The notes beneath the pieces are model-generated. The model searched no databases and was not told the origin of the DNA. It saw only the letters and a list, made by a program, of their open reading frames with translations. Below, in pieces: positions 26,086 through 36,866 of a DNA stretch of 64,000 nucleotides; position 1 is the stretch's first letter; each line of letters opens with the position of its first letter. The DNA is from Candidatus Omnitrophota bacterium (GTDB lineage: Bacteria > Omnitrophota > Gorgyraeia > Duberdicusellales > 4484-171): assembly GCA_021735655.1 (NCBI GenBank), contig JAIPGM010000009.1, forward strand, positions 4,976-68,975, given 5' to 3'. The translations under genes and the position numbers were made by a program.

Positions 26086-27261
26086 CTAACGTCGCGGAGG
26101 TCGATAACGCCTTCCTGGATGATGGCTGGAATGTATCGGTCTACCGGATTGCTTCAATGGATCTAATCCAAACCAATGAGGTGTAATTTTAGTAATACGT
26201 AACACTTCCCTCAAAGCAAGGATATCGCGATCAGTTATCAAAGATAGGGCAAGACCTTTCCTGCCCATCCGACCAGTTCGGCCAGTACGATGCGTATATT
26301 GCTCACCACGAGGAAAATCCCAGTTAATAATATGAGAAACATGAGAAAAATCGAGACCGCGGCCAGCGACATCAGTTGCAATTAAGTAGCGAATCTTTTG
26401 AGCCCGAAAACGTCGTACTATCGAAGAACGCTTGCCTTGCTCGAGGCCAGCGTGAATATATTCGGCATCGCGAAGATGCTTGCGTAAAACCTTGTGCAAC
26501 TTATCCACCATATGGCGAGCATTACAAAAAATGATCGTCTGATTAACTCTTTCACGCTGCAAGTAGTCAAGGAGTGCTTTTTCTTTTGCTTCACGATTAA
26601 CATAAATAAAATAGTGCCCAATACTTTCTGGTATAGCCTGTTCATTAATCAGTGATATCTGGGCCGGGTTTTTGAGACAATCATTGGCAAGTTTTTTCGT
26701 CTTATCATTCATCGTGGCCGAAAACATAAGTGTCTGATGCTCATGTCTAATACAAGAAAGGATAAACTCAATTCCCTCTAGGAATCCATCATCAAGCAAT
26801 TGATCAGCCTCATCTAAGATCACGCATTTAACATCGGCCAGATTAACTACCCCATCGTACATTAAGTCAGTAAGCCGGCCAGGAGTAGCTACCAAAATAT
26901 GCACCCCATGCTTAATTTTAGCTACTTGTATTGACTTATCAAAACCGCCGTAAGCGGCAAGAATTGCAACCGGAGTTTTAAGTGCAATTTTATGTATCTC
27001 ATCAACATACTGGATACAAAGCTCACGCGTAGGCACAATAACCAACCCCTGAATAGTTTTACTGCTCGAGTCGACTTTCTGAATAAGCGGAATTGCACAA
27101 GCGCTGGTCTTGCCAGATCCGGTCTCAGCCAAAGCACAGATATCGCGCCCAGTCAAAATAATAGGATAAGTTGCTTCCTGTATCGGGGTAAGCTCGTTAA
27201 ACCCTATCCTCTGTAACGAGTTCATAATCGCTTTTGGTAAATTAAGTTCGCTAAATTTCAT
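26086..27261 (-). CDS. DEAD-box ATP-dependent RNA helicase
   Basis: Q-motif region, AETGSGKT (motif I), DEAD, SAT and HRTGRTGRMG (motif VI). RG/PR-rich C-terminal tail. Confidence 0.85.
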   Translation of the reverse strand: MKFSELNLPKAIMNSLQRIGFNELTPIQEATYPIILTGRDICALAETGSGKTSACAIPLIQKVDSSSKTIQGLVIVPTRELCIQYVDEIHKIALKTPVAILAAYGGFDKSIQVAKIKHGVHILVATPGRLTDLMYDGVVNLADVKCVILDEADQLLDDGFLEGIEFILSCIRHEHQTLMFSATMNDKTKKLANDCLKNPAQISLINEQAIPESIGHYFIYVNREAKEKALLDYLQRERVNQTIIFCNARHMVDKLHKVLRKHLRDAEYIHAGLEQGKRSSIVRRFRAQKIRYLIATDVAGRGLDFSHVSHIINWDFPRGEQYTHRTGRTGRMGRKGLALSLITDRDILALREVLRITKITPHWFGLDPLKQSGRPIHSSHHPGRRYRPPRR

Positions 27262-27291
27262 AAGTTTAACCGAGTGTTTTAATATGGCTCT

Positions 27292-27486
27292 TTATTTTAT
27301 CTCCCTAAATTCAGCATCAACCACATTTTTATTTTTAGGTGGCTGTTTTTTTGATTTTTGATAACCTCTTGGCTGAGACTTAGGCTTAACCTGGCTAGCA
27401 AAAAGACTGATAAAAAAAATAATAATTCTAAAAAGAAAACTAACGATCAAGTAAAAAAATAATATTTTTAATAAAAAACTAAACAT
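27292..27486 (-). CDS. Possible small membrane protein
   Basis: 64 aa with a hydrophobic N-terminal helix and a basic tail. No RBS check made. Confidence 0.25.
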   Translation of the reverse strand: MFSFLLKILFFYLIVSFLFRIIIFFISLFASQVKPKSQPRGYQKSKKQPPKNKNVVDAEFREIK

Positions 27487-27540
27487 AATAATTCAGCTAA
27501 ACCCAAAATCTAATTTCGTTTTTGCTTTGAGTAAGTTTCA

Positions 27541-28983
27541 TTAAACATTTTTTATAAATAAACGCTTTAAAGTATCGGCAAGACGACTTTTCTCTACTTC
27601 TCTAGCGATAACACTATACAATATCCTTGGCGTTACAAAAAGAAGTGCCAATAATTCCTTAAAACTGAAAAACTTTATTACAAAAATCCCCTTCCATAAC
27701 ATTTTTAAATATCGCGATGGTGTATAAAAAGAAAACTTTATTCTCCGTCCAATCTTTTTTAAAGCCGCATGGCTATAGGTATCGGAATAAAGCTCGCCTC
27801 GGTCAGTAACATGGTAGCCGGGAGTATTTAAGGCTAGCTCCTTGAGCGGCGAGAATTTCTCAATTCTCAACTTCTGGGAAGAAAAAGAATCAACCCCGAT
27901 CTCCTTTGCAAACTGGGCTATATATAACATCTCTTCCTCGCTTTCACCAATATTACCATAAATAAAATAACCATGATAGTAAAGTGGGTATTTTCTAAAC
28001 ACCGAAAAGGCTTCTCTCACTGCCTTGGAGTCAAAACCCTTATCAATTTGCGCAAGTATCCAATCATGAGGCGATTCAATGCCAATAAGCAGCGTTTTAA
28101 ACCCGGCTTTGACCATTTTGTCTAATAGTTTAGGATGCTGGGCTACTTCAATCCGAGCCTGGGCTACGAACCGTTTCTTTATTTTGCGAGAAATTATCAA
28201 ATCACAGATCTTTTCGGCTCTTTTTACGTCAACGAAAAAATTTTCATCACTGAAAATTATCGCATTCGCGGTCATCTTCTCAATCTCATCAACAACAAGC
28301 TCAACTTGCCGAACTGCATAGCTCCGCTTCTGACCGAGAGGATTTAAGCTAAAAGTACAAAATTTACAATTATAGGGACAACCTCGAGAACTCAACACAG
28401 TATCAAAGCTTACATTGGTTACATTAATGCCATTAAGCATCAGGCGACACTCGCTACGTCTTAGGCTTCGGTCCGGCGGGAAAATACTATTAATATCCGG
28501 TAATGGCCGATTACTATTATGTATTATTTTTCCATCTGCCCGATAAGAAATACCCAGAATATCCTCGAACCGAGCTCCGGGGGCGATTTCTTTTATGGTT
28601 TCTTCGCCTTCACCTCTAACAATGATGTCTATTCTCGGACAATTATTAAAAAACTCTTCAACCTTTTCGCTGGCTTGATAGCCACCTACGACCAACGGCC
28701 TACCCGTAGGTATTAAATTCAACAAATCGAAGATTTCCTTGAGTTGACGATCCCAGCTAACCCCAACACAGACAAGATCTATTTCTTTAGCTATAAAATC
28801 CAAAAGATTGTCAATGACCGATAGCTCTTTCTCATATCTTAAATCAAGGAGAGTTATTTTGCCTACTGAATCCTTAGCATTAGTGGCCACATATTCCAAG
28901 CCAGTTGGCGGAAAAAGCATCATTGAGCTTATCGCCGAGCTCCTAACATAGGGGTTCAAAAATAAAGCATGTTTATATTTCAT
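27541..28983 (-). CDS. B12-binding-domain radical SAM protein
   Basis: N-terminal Rossmann-like B12-binding region followed by SSRGCPYNCKFCTF (CxxxCxxC). 480 aa. Confidence 0.7.
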   Translation of the reverse strand: MKYKHALFLNPYVRSSAISSMMLFPPTGLEYVATNAKDSVGKITLLDLRYEKELSVIDNLLDFIAKEIDLVCVGVSWDRQLKEIFDLLNLIPTGRPLVVGGYQASEKVEEFFNNCPRIDIIVRGEGEETIKEIAPGARFEDILGISYRADGKIIHNSNRPLPDINSIFPPDRSLRRSECRLMLNGINVTNVSFDTVLSSRGCPYNCKFCTFSLNPLGQKRSYAVRQVELVVDEIEKMTANAIIFSDENFFVDVKRAEKICDLIISRKIKKRFVAQARIEVAQHPKLLDKMVKAGFKTLLIGIESPHDWILAQIDKGFDSKAVREAFSVFRKYPLYYHGYFIYGNIGESEEEMLYIAQFAKEIGVDSFSSQKLRIEKFSPLKELALNTPGYHVTDRGELYSDTYSHAALKKIGRRIKFSFYTPSRYLKMLWKGIFVIKFFSFKELLALLFVTPRILYSVIAREVEKSRLADTLKRLFIKNV

Positions 28984-29012
28984 AAAGATACATTGTATAA
29001 GATTAAATAAAC

Positions 29013-29972
29013 TTAAGCAAGGCTAATTGGAGACTTTGCAATAGCCGAAAAATCCTTAATCAGCTTGAACATCTCCAGCCGACTTTTAGCCTGATGAGTA
29101 CTAGTTCTTAAAGTCTTTGTTTTTAAAAAACCTCTGGTGTACCAGATATAAAATTTACGAAATTCAACTGTACCGATTCGTTCACCATAAAAACCAATTG
29201 ATAAATCTAAATGCTTTTTCATCATTTTCGCTACTTCTTTTATGGTTGGCCGAGCTACAACCTTACCTTTAGTTAAGAACTCTTCAATCTCTTTAAATAT
29301 CCAAGGATTACCCAAGGCCCCGCGGGCTACAATAATTGCGTCGCAATTAGTTTGATCAAACATCTCTTTTGCTTTACTTGCCGAAAAAATATCACCGCTA
29401 GCAATAACCGGGATCGATAAAGCTTTTTTTACCTTTTCTATACTCAAATAATCAATCGAATCACGATAGCCTTGCTCCCGAGTTCTCCCATGTAAGCATA
29501 CCCCGGCAATACCAGCATCCTGAGCATATTTTGCTATATTAACAATATTCTTAGCACTGTCCCAACCCAGACGTAACTTAACCGTAACCGGAAGATTAGC
29601 TTCCTTAACCATATTCGATAGCAACTTTTGGAGCTTTTTCGGGCTTTTTAGTAAAGCCGCACCTTTACCATTGCTGGTTATTTTTCTCCGCGGGCAAGCG
29701 GCATTAAGATCTAAAATACCGTAAGGAAAATCCCTTAACTTCTCTAAGGCCTTTAGTATGTCGTAAGAATCATCTCCTAATAACTGTACCCCCAGAGGCT
29801 GGTCACTCTTTTCAGTAGAAAGCATCTCAAGAGTTCTTCGGCTTGAATAACTCAAAGAACGAGCGCTAATCATCTCCAAGAAAGCAAATTTGCATCCGGC
29901 TTCTCGATTCAGCTTGCGAAAAGGCAAAGAGCTTACCCCCGATAAGGGAGCAAGCATTATCCGCGGAAGCAT
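29013..29972 (-). CDS. tRNA-dihydrouridine synthase (Dus family)
   Basis: Start reassigned to MLPRIMLAPLSGVS. LGVQLLG, DLNAACP and GVCLHGRTREQ motifs typical of Dus. Confidence 0.75.
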   Translation of the reverse strand: MLPRIMLAPLSGVSSLPFRKLNREAGCKFAFLEMISARSLSYSSRRTLEMLSTEKSDQPLGVQLLGDDSYDILKALEKLRDFPYGILDLNAACPRRKITSNGKGAALLKSPKKLQKLLSNMVKEANLPVTVKLRLGWDSAKNIVNIAKYAQDAGIAGVCLHGRTREQGYRDSIDYLSIEKVKKALSIPVIASGDIFSASKAKEMFDQTNCDAIIVARGALGNPWIFKEIEEFLTKGKVVARPTIKEVAKMMKKHLDLSIGFYGERIGTVEFRKFYIWYTRGFLKTKTLRTSTHQAKSRLEMFKLIKDFSAIAKSPISLA

Positions 29973-30003
29973 AAAGCTTTTGCTAGAACTACCTATTTTT
30001 AAA

Positions 30004-30282
30004 CTATTTTTTAATTTTTCTAACACCGATCAATTCTTCCTTCTTAGCCCTGCTTAATTTTTTTATCTTTAGCTCCTTCAAAAAAGCTATTTTAAAATAT
30101 TTATACTCCTTAAACCAAACTAACTTAACTGGCCTTCTGTCTCTGGTATACTTGGCCCCCTTACCCTGATTATGTAACCTAAGACGTCTTTCTAAGTCCG
30201 GAGTATATCCCGTATAGTAAGTCTGATCAGAACATTCGACAATATAAACAAAATGCCTACCACTTCTTTTGATTTTCGCCAT
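30004..30282 (-). CDS. GIY-YIG nuclease-superfamily protein (UPF0213-like)
   Basis: [29 protein letters not shown], matching the GIY...YIG...R..H/N core. Confidence 0.7.
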   Translation of the reverse strand: MAKIKRSGRHFVYIVECSDQTYYTGYTPDLERRLRLHNQGKGAKYTRDRRPVKLVWFKEYKYFKIAFLKELKIKKLSRAKKEELIGVRKIKK

Positions 30283-30337
30283 CAGATATTAGATAGTTTA
30301 CAGCCTTCGGTGGGCAGTAACTGAAAGGTCAAAGAAA

Positions 30338-32629
30338 TCAATCCACATCTTTATCCATACCTTTATCAAGCAAAGAACTAAAATGCCGTCTTAATTTACC
30401 TAAGGCTCTCGGAATCACCGCAAGATACGGCAAAACCCGCTTGAGCCCAGCTGATGTATTCTTTGAACTGACTCGCTTTAATACTGGGATCTCGGCTATA
30501 GCCGGTAAAACAAAAATTGCCGCCAAGGCCGCCACTATCGTTCCTAAAACTATTGAGAGGCCAAAACGCTGAGTAGGCGGAAATGATGATATACCAAATA
30601 TGCCAAAACCAGCGGAAATTATAAATACTGAACCGACTATCGGCTCCCAAAGCCTAACTTGAGCCTCCTTCCACGCTATCCGGCTCTTAACGCCTTTTCG
30701 CATCCGACGACGAACAAAAATTGCCATGTGAATCATCGAATCAATACCCATAGCAATAGCTACATTAGCTGCCGGGGCTGATATTATGTCTAAAGGAACT
30801 TTCATTAGACCAACGACTCCAAGCATGCAAACCGGAGGAATACATAAACTTAAAACCATCGCCAAAGATATTCCAAAACAACGCGAAACTATCCAGGCGA
30901 TGATTATAAAAAATAATATTAATTTCACCAACCCATAGACAAGACTTGAAGCGACTAATTTTGAAAGCTCGCCCTGTAACACATATACCCCGCCCTGCAT
31001 TTCAGGAATAAATCCGTGTTCGTGAATTATTTTCTTAATTCTTTCAATAACCATGATTCTTGACGCTTTACGATCAGCCTCTTTCATCCTGATAAAAAAA
31101 TAACCGGAAATCCGATCGTCAGTAACAAAACTCCTGGCAATCCTATGGTATTTTTCCTGACCCATAGTTTTCAGTAAACTTTCCCAATTAAGCAAAAAAG
31201 CTAACGGCGCCCGGCTGCCTTCGGCCATAATTACCGGAAGTGAAACAATGCTACCAACCGAACGATCTTCCTCTAGCGCCTCCTGAAGTCTCCAAAGTCT
31301 CTTATAAACTATATTATCAGTAAGCTTGCCGCCACCAGCATCCCGTAGAACAAGCTTAAACGGACTACTGCCACCATTACGATCAATATACTCCAAACCT
31401 TGGCGTAGCTCGGTTTTACCCTTAAAATAAGACAACAAACTCGGATCGGTATTCAAACTGCTTAAGCCTAGCAATCCGACAATAAACAAAAAAAGTATTC
31501 CAATAATAACCCAGTTTGAATGTCCTAGCAAATAAGAACTAACTTTTCTATTATTAGTTTCTTCAGCCTTAATCTTCACCGGCCGCATTGATTTAAGAAA
31601 TAAAGGATAAACCCCGTAGACAACGGCAATTGCGGCCAAGGTTCCGATTGATCCGGTAACCCCCAATTCACGCAACGGTTTTGCCTGGACAAACAAAAGA
31701 CTTAAAAATCCCAAAAGGGTAGTTACCATACACCAAAACGAAGCAGTAAAAGTACTTTTTACCGCTTTAGCAGTAAACTCTGGAGGACTAAGCTCTAAAT
31801 TCTGGCCGGCATAACGCCAGCTATAGGTAAGAAACACAATATGTGAGAGGGCTAAAACAAAAATTATCGTTACTAAGTTAACCGTTAAAATTCCTATTCT
31901 TATTCCAAACAGATTAGAGATAATTAAAGTAAGCACACAGGCATTAATACAGGATAGTAAAGTTCCAAGAAGTATCTTCGGTGAACGGAATATCAACATA
32001 ATCACTATCCCAAAAATCAAAAAGGCCATAGCGCTAAAAAACCTAAAATCTCTTAATAGGTTACGCCGGATATTTTCAACCACATAGGGAACTCCGGCAA
32101 TCTTTAGCTGAAAATAATCAGTAGCGAATAGATCCATCGCCTCCTCAAATTTCGGTACAATCTCTTGCGGCGAGACATCTTCTAAAAGAACAATTAAATT
32201 TGAAGATTTACCATCTTCAGAAACTAAAAGACGCTTCCAAAGCGGGCTCACTAAGGCATCATCAAGGTTTTTTGGGCCGCGAGTTAAGCCCTTTACACTA
32301 GACACACCGCTAACCGCTGAAAGAACCTCAGTAAATAAGTCCAGTCGCTCAATATACTCTGAAGAATAAACATCGCCAGTTACGCTAATAATAACCTGCT
32401 CCTGGTCGGGAAAAACTTTAGAAATCATCTTGTCATACTGAAACTTTGGCTCATCGCTTGAAAAAAAGAAGTCACCATCTACATGAGGGGTAAGATCAAC
32501 GGTAAGAAATAGAATAAGCAGGGCTACTATAGTTAAACCGAAAAACAACAAAAGCTGCCAAGAATACTTGGCAATTAATCGATTTATTAACTTTGACTTT
32601 TTAATCTTAGAAAATAAAAACTTTACCAT
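30338..32629 (-). CDS. MMPL/RND-superfamily exporter (HpnN-like)
   Basis: 763 aa with two 6-TM bundles separated by large periplasmic loops, the SSD/MMPL topology. Confidence 0.65.
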   Translation of the reverse strand: MVKFLFSKIKKSKLINRLIAKYSWQLLLFFGLTIVALLILFLTVDLTPHVDGDFFFSSDEPKFQYDKMISKVFPDQEQVIISVTGDVYSSEYIERLDLFTEVLSAVSGVSSVKGLTRGPKNLDDALVSPLWKRLLVSEDGKSSNLIVLLEDVSPQEIVPKFEEAMDLFATDYFQLKIAGVPYVVENIRRNLLRDFRFFSAMAFLIFGIVIMLIFRSPKILLGTLLSCINACVLTLIISNLFGIRIGILTVNLVTIIFVLALSHIVFLTYSWRYAGQNLELSPPEFTAKAVKSTFTASFWCMVTTLLGFLSLLFVQAKPLRELGVTGSIGTLAAIAVVYGVYPLFLKSMRPVKIKAEETNNRKVSSYLLGHSNWVIIGILFLFIVGLLGLSSLNTDPSLLSYFKGKTELRQGLEYIDRNGGSSPFKLVLRDAGGGKLTDNIVYKRLWRLQEALEEDRSVGSIVSLPVIMAEGSRAPLAFLLNWESLLKTMGQEKYHRIARSFVTDDRISGYFFIRMKEADRKASRIMVIERIKKIIHEHGFIPEMQGGVYVLQGELSKLVASSLVYGLVKLILFFIIIAWIVSRCFGISLAMVLSLCIPPVCMLGVVGLMKVPLDIISAPAANVAIAMGIDSMIHMAIFVRRRMRKGVKSRIAWKEAQVRLWEPIVGSVFIISAGFGIFGISSFPPTQRFGLSIVLGTIVAALAAIFVLPAIAEIPVLKRVSSKNTSAGLKRVLPYLAVIPRALGKLRRHFSSLLDKGMDKDVD

Positions 32630-32639
32630 GATTGCTGGT

Positions 32640-33314
32640 TCACTTCCAGATACTTTCTCCTTTTAATACTTCCGGTATAGCAAAAGTATCGATCCTTAGA
32701 CCACCATCATGCTCAATCTTTATCGTATAGACTATGCCCGGAACAAACATCGTCCCAGGAGCTTCCACTTGAGCGTTCTTTATGCCCATGCTTTCACCCT
32801 TCTTAGGATTAAGCGCATATTCCCAAAACTTTTTCCACAATTTTCGCTCAAAAGCACTTCCGGTTTCATCTACCTTATAGCCTTGAGGCACCTTATCAAT
32901 ATGAGTTATTTCGTATTCTTGTGTATTGCTACCGTCAAGCATAAATACCTTCCAAAATAAAAAGGCACTTTTACCCTTTAAGGCATCACCAGCTTTAACA
33001 TGAATATCATCAAATCTTATAACTAAAGATTGGAACTGAATAATATTTCCCGAAAAGGTAAAATACTTAGGTTCAAGGGGATTTCCGTCAACATCGTATT
33101 CGAGAAATTTTATTGTAGTGTAAAGCTTATTTTCATTTTCGTTATAATTTACTCCGGTAACCAAAACCTCGGCTATCCTCGAATCAGCCTCAAGACGAGC
33201 AATAACTTTCCTCAAAACTTTATTCTGGTTAATATAGCGCTGGATATAATGGTATGAAATGAGGGTTACCGTGAGAATTAAAGCAACAACAAAAAAGGTC
33301 TTAATTTTATTCAT
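32640..33314 (-). CDS. Hypothetical membrane-anchored protein adjacent to MMPL exporter
   Basis: N-terminal anchor MNKIKTFFVVALILTVTLISY. 224 aa. Stop is 11 nt before the MMPL start. May be the periplasmic partner. Confidence 0.4.
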   Translation of the reverse strand: MNKIKTFFVVALILTVTLISYHYIQRYINQNKVLRKVIARLEADSRIAEVLVTGVNYNENENKLYTTIKFLEYDVDGNPLEPKYFTFSGNIIQFQSLVIRFDDIHVKAGDALKGKSAFLFWKVFMLDGSNTQEYEITHIDKVPQGYKVDETGSAFERKLWKKFWEYALNPKKGESMGIKNAQVEAPGTMFVPGIVYTIKIEHDGGLRIDTFAIPEVLKGESIWK

Positions 33315-33413
33315 AAATAGCTATGTTTCATTGCTATATTACATCAAACCTCAAGATAAATCAAACCTAATTTTTTGATGACTAACCAGATTGACTTAAG
33401 GCTAAGCAATCTC

Positions 33414-34523
33414 TCAATTAATAGGGTTACTAGCAAACCAGCCTCTGGTTTTCAAGCATATCTTCACCAACATAAGCATTACCGGAACTTCAATCAAAAC
33501 TCCGACAACTGTTGCCAATGAAGCTCCTGAAGATAGACCAAAAAGCATTGCTGAAGTCGCTATGGCTACTTCAAAATGGTTACTAGCTCCTATCAACGCC
33601 GAAGGAGCGGCATCTCGATAGGGTAATTTAAGCCATTTAGCTCCCAAATAGGTCAAAGCAAAAATAAAGCAGGTCTGAATAAAAAGCGGTATCGCGATCA
33701 AAACTATTACTTGTGGCTGCTTAACGATTAAGTTACCCTTAAATGAAAATAAAAGAATCAAGGTAATTAATAAGGCTCCAATTGATACCGGAGTTAAGAA
33801 ATGCAAAAACTTCTCCTTAAACCAAATAACCCCTTTTTTAGCTATGATTAATTTCCTTGAATAATACCCTAAAACTAACGGTAGGCCAACATAAACCACA
33901 ACCGACAGAACAATAGTCTGCCAAGGAATCGGCATCTGGTTTACCCCAAGAAGCCAACTACCCAAAGGAGCATACAAAAATAACATTGTCAGCGAATTTA
34001 TCGCAACCATAACCAAGGTGTGACCGTCATTGCCTTTAGCTAAATGGCCCCAAACCAAAACCATTGCCGTGCAAGGGGCAATGCCTAAAAGTATACAACC
34101 AGATATATAAGAACGATAGAGTTCAACCTGAGCGCCACCCTTAATGAGTTCAAATCCGCCAAGCGAGCCTTTAAATATTACACCAAGGAATAAGGTTGCT
34201 ATCGCCAACATCGTAAACGGCTTAATACACCAATTAACAACCAAAGTAAGAATAACTGGCTTAGGAGTTTTACCAGCCTTAACTACTTCGGCAAAATCTA
34301 TCTTGACCATAATCGGATAAATCATAAAAAATAAACAGATCGCGATTGGAATTGAAACTTGATAAATAGAAAGGCTTTCTAGATTCACCGCTGCCTGAGG
34401 AAACAATTTTCCGAGCAAAATACCTAGACCGATACAGACAAAAACCCACAAAGTTAAATATCTTTCAAAAAAACCCAAATCTGGTTCGATTTGGTTTGAT
34501 GATCTGATCTTACATTTATTCAT
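33414..34523 (-). CDS. acr3: ACR3-family arsenite efflux transporter
   Basis: [25 protein letters not shown]-terminal block and a 10-TM BART-superfamily pattern typical of ACR3. Confidence 0.7.
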   Translation of the reverse strand: MNKCKIRSSNQIEPDLGFFERYLTLWVFVCIGLGILLGKLFPQAAVNLESLSIYQVSIPIAICLFFMIYPIMVKIDFAEVVKAGKTPKPVILTLVVNWCIKPFTMLAIATLFLGVIFKGSLGGFELIKGGAQVELYRSYISGCILLGIAPCTAMVLVWGHLAKGNDGHTLVMVAINSLTMLFLYAPLGSWLLGVNQMPIPWQTIVLSVVVYVGLPLVLGYYSRKLIIAKKGVIWFKEKFLHFLTPVSIGALLITLILLFSFKGNLIVKQPQVIVLIAIPLFIQTCFIFALTYLGAKWLKLPYRDAAPSALIGASNHFEVAIATSAMLFGLSSGASLATVVGVLIEVPVMLMLVKICLKTRGWFASNPIN

Positions 34524-34538
34524 ACGCTAATTTTTAGC

Positions 34539-34583
34539 TTTAAAAAGAAAAGGGCACAAGGAGTTATATTCCTTATGCCCTTA
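34539..34583 (-). terminator. Rho-independent terminator downstream of the RRM gene
   Basis: Minus-strand RNA AAGGGCAUAAGGA-AUAUAAC-UCCUUGUGCCCUU forms a 13-bp stem with one G-U pair, followed by UUUCUUUUU. Confidence 0.6.
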
Positions 34584-34604
34584 AACTGTCATAAACGTTG
34601 TTTT

Positions 34605-34940
34605 TTAGTAGCGTCTATCTCTACCGCGTCCGCCGCCGGCTCCGCTTCCGCCTCCGCTTCCGCCTCCGAAATCACTGCGCGGCTTTCTTTTTTGTGCTCT
34701 GTTCACTTTTAGTGCTCTTCCATTTAAATCCTGACCGTTTAAAGCATCAATTGCTTTCTGTGCATCGTCAGCTGTTTCGAATTCGGCAAATCCAAAACCC
34801 TTTGAACGTCCGGTGTATTTGTCAATTATCACCGTTACTTCTTTTGCAGCAATGCCTTTCTCGTCAAGAAGAGCTTTAAGCTCATTTTCACCTACGCCAT
34901 ACTCCAAGTTACCAATGTAAATCTTCTTTTCTTCTTCCAT
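34605..34940 (-). CDS. RRM-type RNA-binding protein with Gly-rich tail
   Basis: IYIGNL (RNP-2) and KGFGFAEF (RNP-1). GGGSGGGSGAGGGRGRDRR tail. Confidence 0.8.
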   Translation of the reverse strand: MEEEKKIYIGNLEYGVGENELKALLDEKGIAAKEVTVIIDKYTGRSKGFGFAEFETADDAQKAIDALNGQDLNGRALKVNRAQKRKPRSDFGGGSGGGSGAGGGRGRDRRY

Positions 34941-34991
34941 TCCAAATCTCCTTTTTCCTAAACCTTAGGTCGCATACTGCGAACCTAAATA

Positions 34992-35489
34992 CTATTCAAC
35001 CGAAATAATCTTTACCTCAAAATTTAATTGTTTACCAGCAAGTGGGTGGTTTAGATCGAGCACTACCAGATCTTCCTTGACATCGGAAATCTTGACTGGC
35101 AGGGGTTTGCCGCTTGGCCCCTGCATAGCAAGCACCATTCCAACTTGCGGTTCCAATTCAGGCGGTAAAGACGTTTTCGGAACCTCACTAAATTTACTTG
35201 AATCTATTTGTCCGTAGCCTTCCTCAGGAGGAACTGCTACAGTTTTCTCATCTCCAACGGTTAAGCCTGAAAGCTCTTTTTCGAGACCGGGAATAATTTG
35301 ACCGGAACCTTGGGTATATTCCAAAGGCTGACGATCTTTAGAGCTGTCAACCACTTTTCCATCTATCATTAAAGTATAATCAAAAGATACTTTACTTCCT
35401 TCGGTAATTGCCACTTTCTTCTCCTTGGCACATGCTACACAAAGGGTCATCAACAACAACCCTAATAATAACAAACGATTTATCTTCAT
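34992..35489 (-). CDS. FKBP-type peptidyl-prolyl cis-trans isomerase (lipoprotein)
   Basis: Signal peptide with LCVAC lipobox-like site. VSFDYTLMIDGKVVDSS...PLEYTQGSGQIIPGLE FKBP core. Confidence 0.75.
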   Translation of the reverse strand: MKINRLLLLGLLLMTLCVACAKEKKVAITEGSKVSFDYTLMIDGKVVDSSKDRQPLEYTQGSGQIIPGLEKELSGLTVGDEKTVAVPPEEGYGQIDSSKFSEVPKTSLPPELEPQVGMVLAMQGPSGKPLPVKISDVKEDLVVLDLNHPLAGKQLNFEVKIISVE

Positions 35490-35514
35490 TTATCCTTAAG
35501 TAACTCTTGCCCCT

Positions 35515-35558
35515 ATAAATAAAAAAACCACAAAGTTACCGATCTTGGAACTTTGCGG
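35515..35558 (-). terminator. Rho-independent terminator downstream of 35693..36073
   Basis: Minus-strand RNA CCGCAAAGUU-(11-nt loop)-AACUUUGUGG followed by UUUUUUUAUUUAU. Confidence 0.6.
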
Positions 35559-35692
35559 CTTCAAGATACTTCAGAGCAAAAACCTACTTTTCAACCATGA
35601 GTATACTACCTTTTTTATCAATATTTGTCAATAAAAATTAAAAAGGACAAAATCGCCACTATCAGCTAACCTTAAAAAGCCTTAGTCAATGG

Positions 35693-36073
35693 TCACTTCT
35701 CGTTTATCGTCGCCTTTAGCTTAGAAAGATACTTTTTAATTATCTTTGACTCATCAGGTGAAAGAGCGCTAGGGCTTAACGGCACAAAGCTGTCAACCCC
35801 CTCTATCTGGGCTATACCCAAAGCTATTTTCTGACTAAAAGTAGCATATTCAAGCATTGAAACATTATACTTATCACATACAGCCTTAATCTTAAAGGCT
35901 ATCTCAGCACCTTTAGAAGGATCAAACTTCCCTGGTGGTGCAAAACGGCTCACCTCTTTAGTTATCAGCAAATATTTCTCCATATTAGCATCATTTACCT
36001 GCTCAAAACCTTCGGCTAAAACTGTAAAAGAAAAAATACTAACTAAAAAAATAAAAAAAACTACCTTACCCAT
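35693..36073 (-). CDS. Secreted hypothetical protein
   Basis: Signal peptide MGKVVFFIFLVSIFSFTVLAEG. 126 aa. Confidence 0.45.
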   Translation of the reverse strand: MGKVVFFIFLVSIFSFTVLAEGFEQVNDANMEKYLLITKEVSRFAPPGKFDPSKGAEIAFKIKAVCDKYNVSMLEYATFSQKIALGIAQIEGVDSFVPLSPSALSPDESKIIKKYLSKLKATINEK

Positions 36074-36096
36074 ATAGATATCCTCCTTTAGTTAAT

Positions 36097-36864
36097 TTAC
36101 AACAGATAAAGGCTAAAAGCCATTATCAGCATCCCTAAAATTAATCCCAAAATTGAAATATGACTGCCATCGTGTTCATAAGCAAGCGGCAACAACTCAT
36201 CAAAGCTAATAAATACCATAATCCCGGCAACAAAAGCTAAAGAAAAAGACAAAACCGCCGGATTTAAAAAAGGCATTAAAATTAAAATTCCAATTATCGC
36301 CCCTATTGGCTCAGCCACCCCTGACAAAAACGAATACCAAAATGCCTTTTTGCGACTCTTGGTAGCATAAAAAATAGGCATCGCAACCGCAATACCTTCA
36401 GGAATATTATGAACCGCGATTGCGAAAGCCATTGCTACTCCCAATTTCAGACTCCCTAAGGAACTCATAAAAACAGCTAGCCCCTCGGGAAAATTATGAA
36501 TTGCTAAGCCAAGAGCAGTAAATACTCCGGCAGCCATAAGTTTCTTATTGTTTACCCCTTTAGTAACGTGCTCTTCGATATATTCATGAGGAATGATAAA
36601 ATCTATAAGCATAATAAAAATAATTCCGGAAAAAAAGGCAATGTTTGCTTTTAAAAAACCTACATCTCTAATAGCCGAGACAAGCAATTCAGCAAATGAA
36701 ACGTAGATCATCACCCCGGCTGAAAGCCCCAAGAAAAACTGTAGATAGCTTCGCTTAAAATTTTTTATAAATAGGGAAATAAGACTTCCTAAGCCAGTTG
36801 AAATACCAGCCAAAAAGGTAAGTAAAAGCGGTATCCAAATATTATTTAAACTGATAGTCTGCAC
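36097..36864 (-). CDS. zupT: ZIP-family metal transporter (ZupT-like)
   Basis: HNFPEGLAVF and HNIPEGIAVAMP metal-binding helices. About 8 TM segments. Confidence 0.75.
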   Translation of the reverse strand: MQTISLNNIWIPLLLTFLAGISTGLGSLISLFIKNFKRSYLQFFLGLSAGVMIYVSFAELLVSAIRDVGFLKANIAFFSGIIFIMLIDFIIPHEYIEEHVTKGVNNKKLMAAGVFTALGLAIHNFPEGLAVFMSSLGSLKLGVAMAFAIAVHNIPEGIAVAMPIFYATKSRKKAFWYSFLSGVAEPIGAIIGILILMPFLNPAVLSFSLAFVAGIMVFISFDELLPLAYEHDGSHISILGLILGMLIMAFSLYLL

Positions 36865-36866
36865 AG

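Noticed and set aside
26418-27137. Alternative-frame ORFs 26418..26645 and 26922..27137 within the DEAD-box helicase
   Set aside because: The helicase frame carries all the conserved motifs. These are shadow ORFs.
34605-34700. Short GGAGGCGGAAGCGG direct repeats, checked as a possible CRISPR array or microsatellite
   Set aside because: They encode the Gly-rich GGGSGGGSGAGGG tail of the RRM protein. There is no spacer-repeat architecture.
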